Origin: Octopus vulgaris
Taxonomy: Eukaryota
DNA: 64,000 nucleotides
Assembly: GCA_951406725.2 (NCBI GenBank)
Contig: OX597835.1
Location: 24,862,001 to 24,926,000 of the forward strand
Reading direction: 5' to 3'
Below, piece after piece: positions 12,563 through 26,497 of the stretch. The notes under the pieces were generated by a model that was not told the DNA's origin, searched no databases, and was given only the letters and a program-made list of their open reading frames with translations. How positions within the stretch are numbered: the first letter of the stretch is position 1; every line of letters starts with the position of its first letter. The translations under genes and the position numbers were made by a program.

Positions 12563-12746
12563 GGTTGAACCAAATGTAGGGGGACAGTAGGTTGAATAGG
12601 GTTTGTATTAGGGGTTGTATTATAACCTGCGTTGATAAAATTTTCAGTGTTTTTGTATTGTATTATTGTATACAATAAAATTTATTTCTATATGCGATAA
12701 AAATAAATGTCATCATTTACTGTCCGCCTACCTTTGGTTCACTCTG
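12561..12746. mobile_element. Tc1/mariner MITE
   Basis: TIRs CAGGTTGAACCAAATGTAGGGGGACAGTA / TACTGTCCGCCTACCTTTGGTTCACTCTG followed by TA. Confidence 0.8.
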
Positions 12747-13351
12747 TATATACATATATATATACACAGACACACACACACACACATATATATATACAGC
12801 ATATACATGCATACGCACAGGCGCGTGCGTACGTACGATCATATTTTCATACTTATCCACACATTTATTTCTACAACTTTTAGAGTGTGCTCCGCTGAAA
12901 CTTCTCAAAGTACAGGTGGTGATGATAAACCGAGGTGACGGATTAAGTTTTAACACGATGTATGTCCATCGTCCTTAATTCAGTTTGTGACACAGTGACG
13001 CAGCTTGGATGTCACACGTTCTCTAGTTCTCCTTGAGACGCATGAATGTCCTCCCTACGCCCATCATATCACGTTACAAAATGCATCGAGACCTTCTCAA
13101 CTTTGCCCGCCTAATAACGTTTGTGACACAGCATGGGTGCCGCCACTGGCAAATTCAATATCCGTGAGGAAATTTACGGAATAAAAAAAAAAATGCACCA
13201 AGAAAAAGAAATATAGAAATATTTCGGCATGTGTGTGTATGTGTGTGTGTATGTGAGCGCGCGCATCTATGTAAGTACGTATGTAAATACATAATATATA
13301 TGTATACTGCATAAATATTTATATATGCATATATATATATATATTATATAA

Positions 13352-13457
<106 letters not shown>

Positions 13458-13571
13458 TATTTCCATATAAAGTTTTAAATAGCACGCGCACACATACACA
13501 TGTATATGCGTATACGCATATATATATTTGCATTCGTACTTAGAAATTATGTACACACACACACACATATA

Positions 13572-13604
<33 letters not shown>

Positions 13605-14062
13605 ATGTATGTATGTATGTATGTATGTATGTATGTATGTATGTATATATGTGTATATAATCTGAATATCATTTTCATTGAAAATATTCTCAATACAAAA
13701 ATACATGAAAAATGAATATGATACCAAAATATGCTGACACTAATTTTCCGAAGAGAAATGTTCGGGTTTGGGTTTGGGTTTGGGTTAGGCAAAATGTCTT
13801 TAAAATCTTTCGAGTCGAAATATCTTACACTTTTCAGTTTCCAGTTACGAAATGATAAATCCTGATTACACTTCTGCAAACTAGGACACTGCAAAAAAAA
13901 AAAAAAAAAGACCCACAAATTTCTCCAATAAGGGCATGAAGAATTTGGTAGAGTTTCTCAGAATTGACTTTATGTATTCTAACTTGATTTATAATCTGTG
14001 ATAAATATAGAGTGCTATATGAAATGTTTTTAAGAAATGTGGTGGCTGTCTACTATGAAGTT

Positions 14063-14430
14063 TGCTTACCAAACACATGGTTCTGGGTTCGGTCCCGCTG
14101 CGTGACACCTTGGGCAGGTGTCATCTACTCTAGTCACGGGCCGACCTAAGCTTTGTACTTGTGAATGGATTTGGTAGACGGAAGCTAAAAGAAGCCCGTT
14201 GTTTGTGTGTGTGTTTGTAAATGAGTTTGTCCCCTGCCTCCACGCTTGGCATCCGGTGTTGCTGTTTATGTCCCCGTTATTTAGTGGTTCGGCAAGAGAA
14301 ACCGATAGAATATGTACCAAGCTTTACAAAAGAAGGAATAATATTGGGGTCGATTCGTTCGACTAAAATTCTTCAAGACGGTGCCCCAGCATGGCTGCAG
14401 TCAAATGACTGAAACAACAATGGTAAATAA
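14063..14430 (+). mobile_element. SINE family A, 5'-truncated
   Basis: Colinear with 15289-15701. Confidence 0.85.
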
Positions 14431-14466
14431 ATGAATATAAATATATATATATTTGTGTGTGTGTGT

Positions 14467-14811
<345 letters not shown>

Positions 14812-15288
14812 TATCATAAAATATTATATTATATATATTAGGGTGGAGCGAAAAATGCAACTTTCAAACCAAGAATCGATATTTTGTTGCGAATTAGGAT
14901 TAAAAGAAAGATGTATAAAAAACATTGCGGTTAATTTTTCTTTTCAGGCTTCACAACGCAATCGAAAATTTTAAAAATCGTTTTTTTTTTTTGTTTTTTT
15001 TTTGTCGAATTTTGGATTTCATGGGTTATAAGTCATAATGAATACATATTTCTATATAGCAAAATGCAAAACAGCAAATATAGTGTTCTTAAAAGATTGC
15101 ATGACAAGTTTCAATACAGTTGACTAATATCTTGAGGTTCCGCATTGACTATAGAGAGAATGGAAGTGTGAACTGCTCCCCGGTGCCGCTGTAACGGTCC
15201 TTGATTATGGACGTACGTCGTGCGTGTGTGGAGTTTTCTGCCTCGTTCCTTGAGTTGAGGCCATTGTATTAAAATTATCGATGATGTA

Positions 15289-15701
15289 GGCGCAGGAGTG
15301 GCTGTGTGGTAAGTAGCTTGCTTACCAAACACATGGTTCCGGGTTCAGTCCCACTGCGTGGCACCTTGGGCAAGTGTTTTCTAGTATATCCTCGGGCCGA
15401 CCAAAGTCTTGTGAGTGGATTTGGTAGACAGAAACTGAAAGAAGCCCGTCGTATATATGTATATATATATATGTGTGTGTGCATGTATGTTTGTGTGTCT
15501 GTGTTTGTCCCCCTAGCATTGCTTGACAACCGATGCTGGTGTGTTTACGTCCCCGTCACTTAGCGGTTCGGCAAAAGAGACCGATAGAATAAGTACTGGG
15601 CTTACAAAGAATAAGTCCCGGGGTCGATTTGCTCGATTAAAGGCGGTGCTCCAGCATGGCCGCAGTCAAATGACTGAAACAAGTAAAAGAGTAAAAGAGT
15701 A
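15289..15701 (+). mobile_element. SINE family A, full-length reference copy nested in the DNA transposon
   Basis: GGCGCAGGAGTGGCTGTGTGG (A-box-like), GGTTCAGTCCC (B-box-like), CORE-like GGCACCTTGGGCAAGT, internal microsatellite, (AAAAGAGT)2 tail. Confidence 0.92.
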
Positions 15702-16093
15702 TGTTAAATTTAGTGTTGTTTACATTTATTGATGTCTCATAAGCCAATAACGCGTCATGATATTGAATGCCCGATCTTAGCGAGCGAGTTTTGCCTACAT
15801 ACAAGGACGTACTAAAGTGTTGTTTTTTTGAGCGAGAAAAAGAAAAGAAAGATCCTTCAATTAAGCAAATTGTCAAGATTGTAGCAGAAAAAGATAAATC
15901 TTCTTTGACAAAAGGCATCCATCCCTTGTGTTACGATTGAGTCAGTCAAATCTTAAACTCTTATCGAAAGTACCAAGCATTACTAAAACATGTGAAAAAT
16001 AGAAAAAAAAAATGTGCCATCGTTTCAAACAAAGTGTAATGTGTTTAAAAACAATGCAGCAAAAGATTTATTTGACATTTCCTGTTGCAAGTG

Positions 16094-16991
16094 CAACTCC
16101 TTTAAAAACTGCAGTTGTAGTAGAGATTTAAAAAGTATCACAGAAGGAACAAGATTTTTTTACAGGATCAACGGACAAATCGAAAAATTCAACTCCTTTA
16201 AAAACTGCAGTTGTAATAGAGATTAAAAAAGTATCACAGAGAGAACAAGATTTTTTACAGGATCAACGGACAAATCGAAAAATTCAACTCCTTTAAAAAC
16301 TGCAGTTGTAGTAGAGATTTAAAAAGTATCACAGAGAGAACAAGATTTTTTACAGGATCAACGGACAAATCGAAAAATTTCCTTTAAAAACTGCAGTTGT
16401 AGTAGAGATTTAAAAAGTATCACAGAGGAAGATTTTTACAGGATCGGACAAATCGAAAAATTCAACTCCTTTAAAAACTGCAGTTGTAGTAGAGATTAAA
16501 AAGTATGCCAAAGAAGAATTATATTTTCTGCTACAATCAATGGACAAATCGAAAAATTCAACTCCTTTAAAAACTGCAGTTGTAGTAGAGATTTAAAAAG
16601 TATCACAGAGAGAACAAGATTTTTTTACAGGATCAACGGACAAATCGAAAAATTCAACTCCTTTAAAAACTGCAGTTGTAGTAGAGATTTAAAAAGTATC
16701 ACAGAGAGAACAAGATTTTTTACAGGATCAATGGACAAATCGAAAAATTCAACTCCTTTAAAAACTGCAGTTGTAGTAGAGATTTAAAAAGTATCACAGA
16801 GAGAACAAGATTTTTTACAGGATCAATGGACAAATCGAAAATTTATCACAGAGAGAACAAGATTTTTTACAGGATCAACGGACAAATCGAAAAATTCAAC
16901 TCCTTTAAAAACTGCAGTTGTAGTAGAGATTTAAAAAGTATCACAGATAGAACAAGATTTTTTACAGGATCAACGGACAAATCGAAAAATT
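16094..16991 (+). repeat. ~95-bp tandem array (about 9-10 units) derived from transposase coding sequence
   Basis: CAACTCCTTTAAAAACTGCAGTTGTAGTAGAG...GGACAAATCGAAAAATT recurs at 16094, 16190, 16285, ~16380, 16463, 16559, 16655, 16750 and 16897. Confidence 0.95.
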
Positions 16992-17507
16992 ATCATTGGT
17001 GGAATAGATCAAGCAGTATCTAAATAGAACGTTCAGAGGCAGATTAGAAAGAATCGACCAGATCACAGTCGCCCTTCTACATCAGCAAAGGAAAGTTTAA
17101 GATTTTCGGTTTAACTGACTCAATCGTAACAAAAGGGATGGATGCCTTTTGCCAAAGAAGAATTATATTTTCTGCTACAATCTTGAGAATTTATTTAATT
17201 TATTTTAATGTGTGTGTAATCTAGACTTCATGTAACACATATATTCGGTGACCTAGTATTAAAAATAATATAGAAAACAAAGTCGAAAAGTCTATTTATT
17301 TCACATAGTTTCGAAATTTAAGTGCGTTGCAGAACCTGAAAGATATAACTTTTAGAGCTTGAAATTTTTTATATTCTTGTTTCTAGAAGACTGTGCACAA
17401 GAAAATTGATTCCTAACGATGAATGTAAGAAATAAAATGCGGAATGGCAAACCTGTTGCAAATAGATTTTTCGCTCATTATTCAAAATTTCAAGTGGGTT
17501 GCAGAGC

Positions 17508-17582
<75 letters not shown>

Positions 17583-17788
17583 TGTATGTATATATATGCA
17601 TATATATATGCTCATATATATATCCATTTATTTATTTATCTATATACATGAATGTATATACAAATATATATGCATGTAAGTTTGTATATATGTATGTAAG
17701 CATGCACACACACACACACACAAACACAGAGCTTTGGTATATCCTGGGATCAACGTCCTTTTGCCCATGAAAATAACAATATATATGT

Positions 17789-17825
<37 letters not shown>

Positions 17826-18007
17826 CCCTCCACATAACCCTTTGCTTCATAAATTCGAATCTGAGCTATTAAGTATGATTAAGAACTTTAGATTTTCTAA
17901 ATTTACGTCAGCATAAAAAAATCCCAAAAAATCAACACTCTAGAATGCTATGTTCGTTTGTGTTCGTATGTCTGTGTGTATTTCTGTGTGCGCGTGTGTA
18001 TAAGACG

Positions 18008-18066
<59 letters not shown>

Positions 18067-18343
18067 TGTGTGTGTGTGGTGGGGAAGGAGAGATCATATT
18101 TAGCGAGGGATATTTAGACTTTGCATTTCAGTTTTCTATCAACACGTAAGCACGTCAAAGATGTTTACAGTGGAGTAAACGACCTGTTTAGAATCTAGGA
18201 ATGGGAACGGAATACTTTCGCCTGTTTAAAGAAACTATTTCTTTTGAGCAGAGCGATTAGCTTTTCAAACTGGAGCTGTGTATATCCATATGTATATGCT
18301 GATGTATTTGGGCATATATACATACATACATGCATAGATAAAT

Positions 18344-18375
<32 letters not shown>

Positions 18376-18446
18376 TCTTCTATATTAGTGTGTTTAGGAG
18401 TGTATATGTATATATATATATACATATATATACACTCCTAAACACA

Positions 18447-18511
<65 letters not shown>

Positions 18512-18514
<3 letters not shown>

Positions 18515-19428
18515 GAGTTGGACAAAATAATGGAAACACCTAGCATCATAATTTAGAAATATCTATAACCGTCAAAAGCTTGTTCATTTTTATGTTGTTT
18601 TATTTATTATTAGTATTGCTTAATATGTTTTGCTAAAATTGCTGTTTCTTTTCAGATATCAACTGAAAAAGATAATTAAAATTCATTAAAATGACAGATC
18701 TATCGGACTTTCAAAGAGGTCAAAATGTTGGTGCTGGTATGACAGGCCCTAGCGTAACAAAAATAGCCGAAATATTTGGTGTATCTAGAAGTACTGTCTC
18801 GAAAGTAATGACAGCCTTTGAGAAAGAGGGAAAACATTCTCATCGAAACGAAGTTCCGGAAAAAAAACCAAACTTTCAGATAGGGACTGTTGGACTCTGA
18901 TGCGAATTGTTAGAAAGGATCACAAAAGTACAGCTCCCAAAATTACCGTAGAGCTTAATGACCACCTCGAGAACCCAGTTTCCACAAAAACTGTTCGCCG
19001 GGAGCTGCACAAAGACGAATTTCACGGGAGGGCTGCAATCAGAAAACCACTACTTTCAAAAACAAACGTTGCAAAGTGTTTACAGTGGAGTAAAAACCTA
19101 CAGTGTTTAGAATCTAGGAATGGAAGAATGTTATTTTCTCGGACGAGTCATTCTTTACCTTATTTCCGACCACCGGCTGAGTATACGTGTGGAGATAGCA
19201 AAAAGAAGCATTTGACCCAGACTGCCTTCTTCCAACTGTTAAACATGGAGGAGGATATGTGATGATTTGGGGGCACGGCTATATCTTGGAATTCCGCCGG
19301 CCCAATGGTTTCCTTCATGGCAGAATTAATAGTCAAGACTATTTAAGAATTTTATCTGATCAAATTCATTCTATGGTTCCGGAGGGAAACGCAATCTTTC
19401 AGGATGATAATGCACCAATTCACACACG
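18512..19428 (+). mobile_element. 3'-truncated Tc1-like transposon with a disrupted transposase
   Basis: TIR CAGGAGTTGGACAAAATAATGGAAACACC; ORF pieces MTDLSDFQRGQ...FGVSRSTVSKV, GRAAIRKPLLS, VIFSDES, TVKHGGGYVMIWG, IFQDDNAPIHT. A second 5' end lies at 62201-62287. Confidence 0.9.
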
Positions 19429-19434
19429 TGTTAG

Positions 19435-19465
<31 letters not shown>

Positions 19466-19534
19466 TAAAATTATGCATGCAGACGCACGTACACACGCTT
19501 GCGTGCACACATGCGTGTATGCCTATACTCGCAT

Positions 19535-19576
<42 letters not shown>

Positions 19577-19578
19577 AC

Positions 19579-19616
<38 letters not shown>

Positions 19617-20251
19617 TCTTTGAACTCCTGAAACTGACAGCTGACAGATGTGTCACTCCAAGAAAAACACTGCTGAGTTGACGACAAGGCAGTTTTGCAT
19701 TCTGTAACTGAAGTAGTTGAGAACCACGCCTAAAATCAGTCAGAATCGCCATTTATTTGGTGACAACTAGTAAATCTCTCTGTGGCTGCTCGTCTTGCTT
19801 GAAAAAGCAGCGATATCTAAACGAATCACACTGTAGAATTCCAATAATAATGAAAAATAAACGACATATTTGCATATCATACTTTCATATTATGTTGTGG
19901 CAAAATCACGCAAAGCGCTCAACGCAGGCTATATAAATTATTCTTTTCTACTTTAGGCATAAGGCCCAAAATTTGGGGGGAGGAGCCTGGTCTATTAGAT
20001 CGACCGCAGCACGCATCTGGTACTTAATTTAGTGACCCCTTGTATTAACTAAAGAAAACAGTTTAATATCGGGGCATATAAGCCCTCGACGGGAAAAGGG
20101 TGGGTTTGCAGTACGTGTAGGATTCGAACCCACACTTGTATGTTTTCGCGATATTATATATTATATTATATATTATTATATGTATTACATTGCATTATAT
20201 AAAACATGTATGTATGTGTGTGCAGATAGACAGATAGATAGACAGACAAAC

Positions 20252-20350
<99 letters not shown>

Positions 20351-20759
20351 GAGCATGCTAAATAGAAATTAATTAGCATGCTAAATAGAAATTAATACTC
20401 ATCAGTAAAGTTCACTCCATTGCTGGTGGTGAAGCTGAATTCTCACCTGTCAGTATTATAGAAAATACCATAGGAATCAGTTGTTGATTCCACAAAATGG
20501 CAATGTGACGCTTACTTCTAAGAATGCTGGTGCTCACAGCACCCCTGGGCACTTTTTGTGACGGTGAATTATATACATATATCTGTGTGTCTGTAGCAGG
20601 TGTATTTGAAAGGGTTTAACGAAAGCACTCACTAGAAAAAAACTTATTCCCAAAAAAGGTTTGTAAGATCTTCATTTTCATGACATTTTAAAAAATAATT
20701 TATATAGAAAAATCGCCTTCACACTCAAAAACTGCATTAACTAATCATCATAGACTTTC

Positions 20760-20878
<119 letters not shown>

Positions 20879-20924
20879 TATTACGGTCTGTGAATTTCTT
20901 ACCGATATTCTTTACAACATAAAG

Positions 20925-21290
20925 AGCTAGCAAAAACGTTTGCCCGCCGGGCAAAATGCTTAGCGATATTTTGTCTGCCGCTACGTTCTGAGTTCAAATT
21001 CCGCCGAGGTCGACTTTCCCTTTCATCCTTTCGGAGTTGATTAAGTAAGTACCAGTTACGCACTGGGGTCGATATAATCGACTTAATCCGTTTGTCTGTC
21101 CTTGTTTGTCTTCTCTGTGTTTAGCCCCTTGTGGGTAGTAAAGAAATAGGTATTTCGTCTTTAAGTTCTGAGTTCAAATTCCGCCAAGGTCGACTTTGCC
21201 ATTCATCCTTTCAGAGTCGAGAAAATAAGTACCAGTTGCGTGCCGGGGTCGATCTAATCGACTGGCTCCTCCCCCAAAATTTCGGGCCTT
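20925..21290 (+). mobile_element. SINE family B, dimeric form
   Basis: Two consecutive GTTCTGAGTTCAAATTCCGCC...GTCGACTTT cores with different tails. Confidence 0.9.
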
Positions 21291-21365
21291 ACTTTTTCTT
21301 TTCAAATTTCTGGAATGGTTTGGACGTGAAACTGTTCGGTTACATGGATTAGCTACCGTGAGATG

Positions 21366-21430
<65 letters not shown>

Positions 21431-21807
21431 TGTTATTTTCATTGTCGTTGTTGTTGTTATTATCATAAATTTTATTATTGTTGTTGTTATATCCTATTTT
21501 AGTTAGCTATTTTCTGCTCCATTAGAGAGCATGTCAAGAGATCTTATTACTATGTTATGATACACACTCGCACGCGCGCACACACGCATTCCTGATAACC
21601 ACATATTTTAAATCCTTAACTTGAGACCCTGATACTTTGCCTTTTCTCTTTTAATATCAATCCAATGTTGCCAGATGTTTCCCTATCAGATACTTCCCTT
21701 TTATCTTCATATTTTTGGTTCCCGACATCAATACCAGTTTTCTCTATCCTTTATCTCATATTGAAAAGTAAAAACCCCAAATTATTTTGATCAAATTATA
21801 CTGCTAT

Positions 21808-22203
21808 CTTTTCTACACTAGGCACAAGGCCCGAAACTTTTGGGGAGGGGCCAGTCGATTAGATCGACCCCAGTTAGCAACTGGCACTTAATTTATCGAC
21901 ACCGAAAGGATGAAAGGCAAAGTCGACCTCGGCGGAAGTTGAACTCAGGACGTAAAAACGGACAAAATACCTATTTATTTACTACTCACAAGGGTCTAAA
22001 CATAGAGGGGACAAACAAGGATAGACAAACGGATTAAGTCGATTATATCGATCCCGGTGTGTAACTGGTACTTATTTAATCGACCCCGAAAGGATGAAAG
22101 GCAAAGTCGACCTCGGCGGAATTTGAACGCAGAACGTAACGGCAGACGAAATACCAATAAGCACTTCGCCCGGCGCACTACCGTTTCTGCCAGCTCGCCG
22201 CCT
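21808..22203 (-). mobile_element. SINE family B, dimeric form with TSD
   Basis: Reverse complement of family B; flanked by AAATTATACTG(C/G)TATC on both sides. Confidence 0.9.
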
Positions 22204-22616
22204 TAAATTATACTGGTATCCTGCTGCATTCGTGACATTTCTCTCACCGTTAATTCGTCGATTTTTAAAAATGTAAGTCGCATTATTTAAAATTTTGATA
22301 TTTTAAAAAGGCTTTAGAAAATTCATACTAATGCTTGAATATCTTGATAAAGGTATAATTTTATAATTTTGTTGTACACAAGTAAGATGAATAAATCGAG
22401 TGGTAGTTTCTAATTTATATACATATATATATAATTTTCTACTTTAAAGAATACTTTGTATGATATTAATATTTTCAAAAACATTTAAGCAATGCAGAAG
22501 GGAAGTTAGACCCACATAATTTCCAAGTGGGCAATCCTTAATATCTAAACTTATCTTTGTTTAAATCTTCAATAACAACCTCGAAGCGAAAGCAGCCGTA
22601 GAAAGTAGATAATAAT

Positions 22617-22982
22617 ATGACGTAGCACTCCGTCGGTTACGACGACGAGGGTTCCAGTTGATCCAATCAACGGAACAGCCTGCTCGTGAAATTAACGTGC
22701 AAGTGGCTGAGCACTCCACAGACACCTGTATCCTTATCGTAGTTCTCGGGAAGATTCAGCGTAACACAGAGTGTGACAAGGCTGGCCCTTTGAAATACAA
22801 GTACAACAGAAACAGGAAGAGAGAGAAAGTTGTGGTGAAAGAGTACAGTAGGGTTCGCCACCACCCCCTGCCGATGCCTCTTGGAGCTTTAGGTGTTTTC
22901 GCTCAAGAAACACTCACAACGCCCGATCTGGGAATCGAAACCGCGAGTCCGCTGCTCTAACCGCTGGGCCATTGCGCCTCTG
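22617..22982 (-). mobile_element. SINE family C with an alternative tail
   Basis: Same head and body as 11887-12193, different 3' module. Confidence 0.85.
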
Positions 22983-23151
22983 CTGCTAATAATATATTAT
23001 GTTACAAAACATTCTCGGGCGGAAGAACGACAGAAAGCCGACGGTGGGACTCAAAACATGCATCTTCTGACAGAAGATACGTGAATTGAGTGTCATCTTT
23101 TTCTTTTCCCACACCACAGGAGTTTTAACACATGCATTACAAGCATTTATA

Positions 23152-23595
23152 AGCTGAACTGGCAGAATCGTTAGCCCGCCAAAAAAAAAATGCTTAGCGG
23201 TCTTTCTTCCGACTTTCCGTTCTGAGTGCAAATGCTGTTCGGGTTGACCTTGCCTTTCATCCTTTCGGGGTCGATAGAATAAGTATATCTTGAGCCCTGG
23301 GGTTGATTTAATCGATTAGCACCTCCCCCGAAATTGCTGGCCTTTTGCCAAAATTGGAAACCATTATTTTATACGTTGTAGGCTGGCAAGGTGGCAGAAT
23401 CGTTAGCGCTCAAGGAAAATGCTCAGTGGCATTGCTGCCGACTTCACGTTCTGAGTTCAAATCCCACCGGTTTCGACTCTACCTTTATCAATTTGGGGTC
23501 GATAAAATTGGTACATCTTGAGCACTGAGGTCGATGTAATCGATTAGCTCTCTCCCCAAAAAATATCAGGCTATTTGCCTATAATAGTAAGAATT
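23152..23595 (+). mobile_element. Two adjacent diverged SINE B copies
   Basis: CTGGCAGAATCGTTAGC heads at ~23160 and ~23392, each followed by the GGGGTCGATA core. Confidence 0.85.
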
Positions 23596-23724
23596 CTTTA
23601 TAAGCCGTACTGACTTCAAGATACATCACTATTAAAGACACATTAAAGACACATTTGCATATTTCTCGACGATTCTACGTTTGCATTTTATATATAAAAT
23701 ATATTTTTACTTATTTCAACTGTT

Positions 23725-24139
23725 ACCGGCTTCAGTCATTGGACTCTGGACATACTGGAGCACCAGATTAAAGGATATTAGTCGAACAAATCGCTCTCAG
23801 AAGATATTAAAACCTCATACTTAATTTATCTTTCCCTTCTACCGAACTGTTAAGATACTGAGGCGTAAACAAGCTGACATCAGTTTTCAAACGGTGGAGA
23901 ACAAAACACACACACACGTTGTCCAAGAGAAAGGTCAATACAGATTGGTGCCAGTGACGTAGCAACTAATTTCTACAACTGAGTGAACTGGAGCAATATG
24001 AAATAAAGTGTCTTGCTTAAGAACACAGCACAGCCCGGTTCGGGAAACGAACTCACAACCTTACGATTGTAAATCTGACGCTCTAACCACCGAGCCATAG
24101 GCTCTCACACACGTATAGATAGATAGATAAATAGGTAGG

Positions 24140-24224
<85 letters not shown>

Positions 24225-24378
24225 GCGGCAGGCTTTCAGTTTCCATCTACCAAATCTACCCACAAGTCTTCGATCGTCCCGACGCTTTAGTGGAAGACAC
24301 TTACCCAAGGCGTCACACAGTGGGACTGAACCCAAAACCATATGGATAGGAACCAAGCAACTTACCACACAGCCATGT
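23725..24378 (-). mobile_element. Diverged SINE A interrupted by a SINE D-like fragment (~23960-24110) and (GATA)n
   Basis: Family A tail at 23725-23910 and head at 24225-24378; ACTGGAGCAATATGAAATAAAGTGTCTTGCT lies between them. Confidence 0.7.
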
Positions 24379-24736
24379 CTACAACCAAGGTTGGATTTTT
24401 TGTTTGTTTATCTTTTTTAACTTAGACTAAGATCTATCTGAATGTTTACGTTCGTCCGTCTCCCTAAAAATTAAAATGAAATGTTCATATATTATATTCT
24501 CTTGCCAAGCCAACTTTCTGGAGTTTATTGATTGTGTTTTAATTCGTTTTTCAAGATATCTCCTCTGCAATTCTCTTCGGGACCATATATCTTTCAGTCT
24601 TTGGTTATTTCATCTTATCTAATCTCTCTCAATAATTTTCCACGTTTTGTATACATTCTTCATTCTACACAACTAATTAATTCTACCCTTTCTGTTTTCT
24701 TCGGGGTGCATATATGTATAAAGGTGTGTGTATGTT

Positions 24737-24790
<54 letters not shown>

Positions 24791-24910
24791 AAGAGGGGAA
24801 TCAGACAGATAGATGTATGTTATATGTATATGTGTGTATATATATATATATACATACAGAGAGAGAAAGAGAGAATCAGACGGACAGATACATGTATATA
24901 TATGTGTGTT

Positions 24911-24991
<81 letters not shown>

Positions 24992-24992
24992 T

Positions 24993-25120
<128 letters not shown>

Positions 25121-25142
25121 GACGGACAGATATATAGATACG

Positions 25143-25175
<33 letters not shown>

Positions 25176-25769
25176 ATCCTAACGTCAATTGGGAAGGCGG
25201 TGTAATATTCTATATGTGGTCATTAGTTTTCGAGTTTTCCCATGTAAACTAATTTTCAAGATTCTATTTTAAGGTTGCTCTCGTCTAACTCGACTGAGAT
25301 ACGAGCCTTGTGTTAATAAGTAGTCTTATCGTTACAATTTAATTTAGAATTATTTTATTTATTTGTTTAGCTGCGTTTATTTAGGTGGAGGAAGGAAGAG
25401 CGCCCATAACTTTCGAAGGCTTTTATATTCCAGTAACATTGTTGCAGTTATTTACGAACTTAAAGGGATGTTTTATAGAACGAAGGTAATCCTGGAGAAC
25501 CGGCTTTCTGAGAAGGGCAAGTAGACTAGGATCCAATGTATGGGTAACAAATCACATATAATAGTGGACATGGAAAAGACCAATGATTATGTCGTCTCAA
25601 TTATATAATGTTTATTTATAGGCGCGGGCTAAGAAGTTAGCATCCAGACCAAATGGTTATGGTATCAGTCCCACTGCATGGCATTCTTGGGCAAGGCTTC
25701 TACCATAGCGCCGGCCTGACCAAAGCCTTGAGAGTAGATTTGGTAGACAGAAAAAGAAACCTATCGTGC

Positions 25770-25814
<45 letters not shown>

Positions 25815-25816
<2 letters not shown>

Positions 25817-26100
25817 ACTCTTCCACCGGTTTCAACGGATGGGAATCTGACAACCTACTCAATCTTTGTCCGTCGCAAAGCTCATGTCGAATGTGACATT
25901 GAAGTCCTGCCAACGATTTTCAAAGAAGGCCACAGAAGCTGCAAATGTGAGGATTACAAGTCAGTGCAGGTGGTATATCTGCAACCACTTTTCTCCTTTG
26001 CCAGCCACTCCTAAGCCATTTAATGCTGGCTGCAACAAAGTTTCTTACACTATTTTGACACAACAATCTCCATTTTGTTCGCTCCAAGGTTGTTCGTTCA
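25815..26100 (-). mobile_element. 3' end of an RTE-clade LINE with a C-terminal zinc finger
   Basis: Minus strand encodes ERTKWRLLCQNSVRNFVAASIKWL...HICSFCGLL*KSLAGLQCHIRH (CxxC...GLxxHxRxH-like). Confidence 0.7.
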
Positions 26101-26105
26101 AAGGT

Positions 26106-26300
26106 GTCCAGAAGAGCTGCAGGAGACTCCGAAATCTAGAGGCCGTGGTTGAAGCCAATGGTGATTTTATTGAATAAATTTACTCTTTAGTATTTCAAGA
26201 TATGTTTATGTAATTTTGGTAAATATATCTGTTAAAATGAAATGTCAGTGTTATTTTCATTTTTGCGTAATTTAGACGACAGTTTATTCATCGCACGCTG
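26106..26300 (+). mobile_element. 3' fragment of the maT-like transposon
   Basis: Matches 7087-7270, including the right TIR. Confidence 0.9.
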
Positions 26301-26497
26301 TATATATATATATATATATATAAGTTACTAGGGTAAATCCCAGCTGTTTCTTCTTGAAATACATCTGTTTATTCCAATATTACAATCAATATGTATCCAT
26401 AGCCGGTGCTGTATGTGAATGGAAAAACTATTTGCAGAATCAATTCATAATAAAGATAGAAAACTGGAAATCTTTTTGGTATTATTTATTTTCCATC

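Larger units (their letters stand above)
14839..17477 (+). mobile_element. Internally deleted DNA transposon (Sola-like) with long imperfect TIRs
   Basis: Left end TAGGGTGGAGCGAAAAAT...TTTTCAGGCTTCACAACGCA mirrors right end TGCGTTGCAGAACCTGAAA...ATTTTTCGCTC. Internal coding relic: LPTYKDVLKCCFFER..., KDLFDISCCKCNSFKNCSCSRD, EQDFLQDQRTNRKIIIGGID. The superfamily assignment is inference. Confidence 0.6.

Noticed and set aside
13760-13789. (GGGTTT)n/GGGTTAGG as an interstitial telomere
   Set aside because: Only four to five imperfect units; such runs are common inside non-autonomous transposons.
16094-16991. Array as a CRISPR or coding repeat
   Set aside because: Units are contiguous with no unique spacers, no cas genes are present, the context is eukaryotic and the unit length breaks frame.
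20447-20515. Possible 69-nt minus-strand intron
   Set aside because: The flanking exons have no support; such signals arise by chance.
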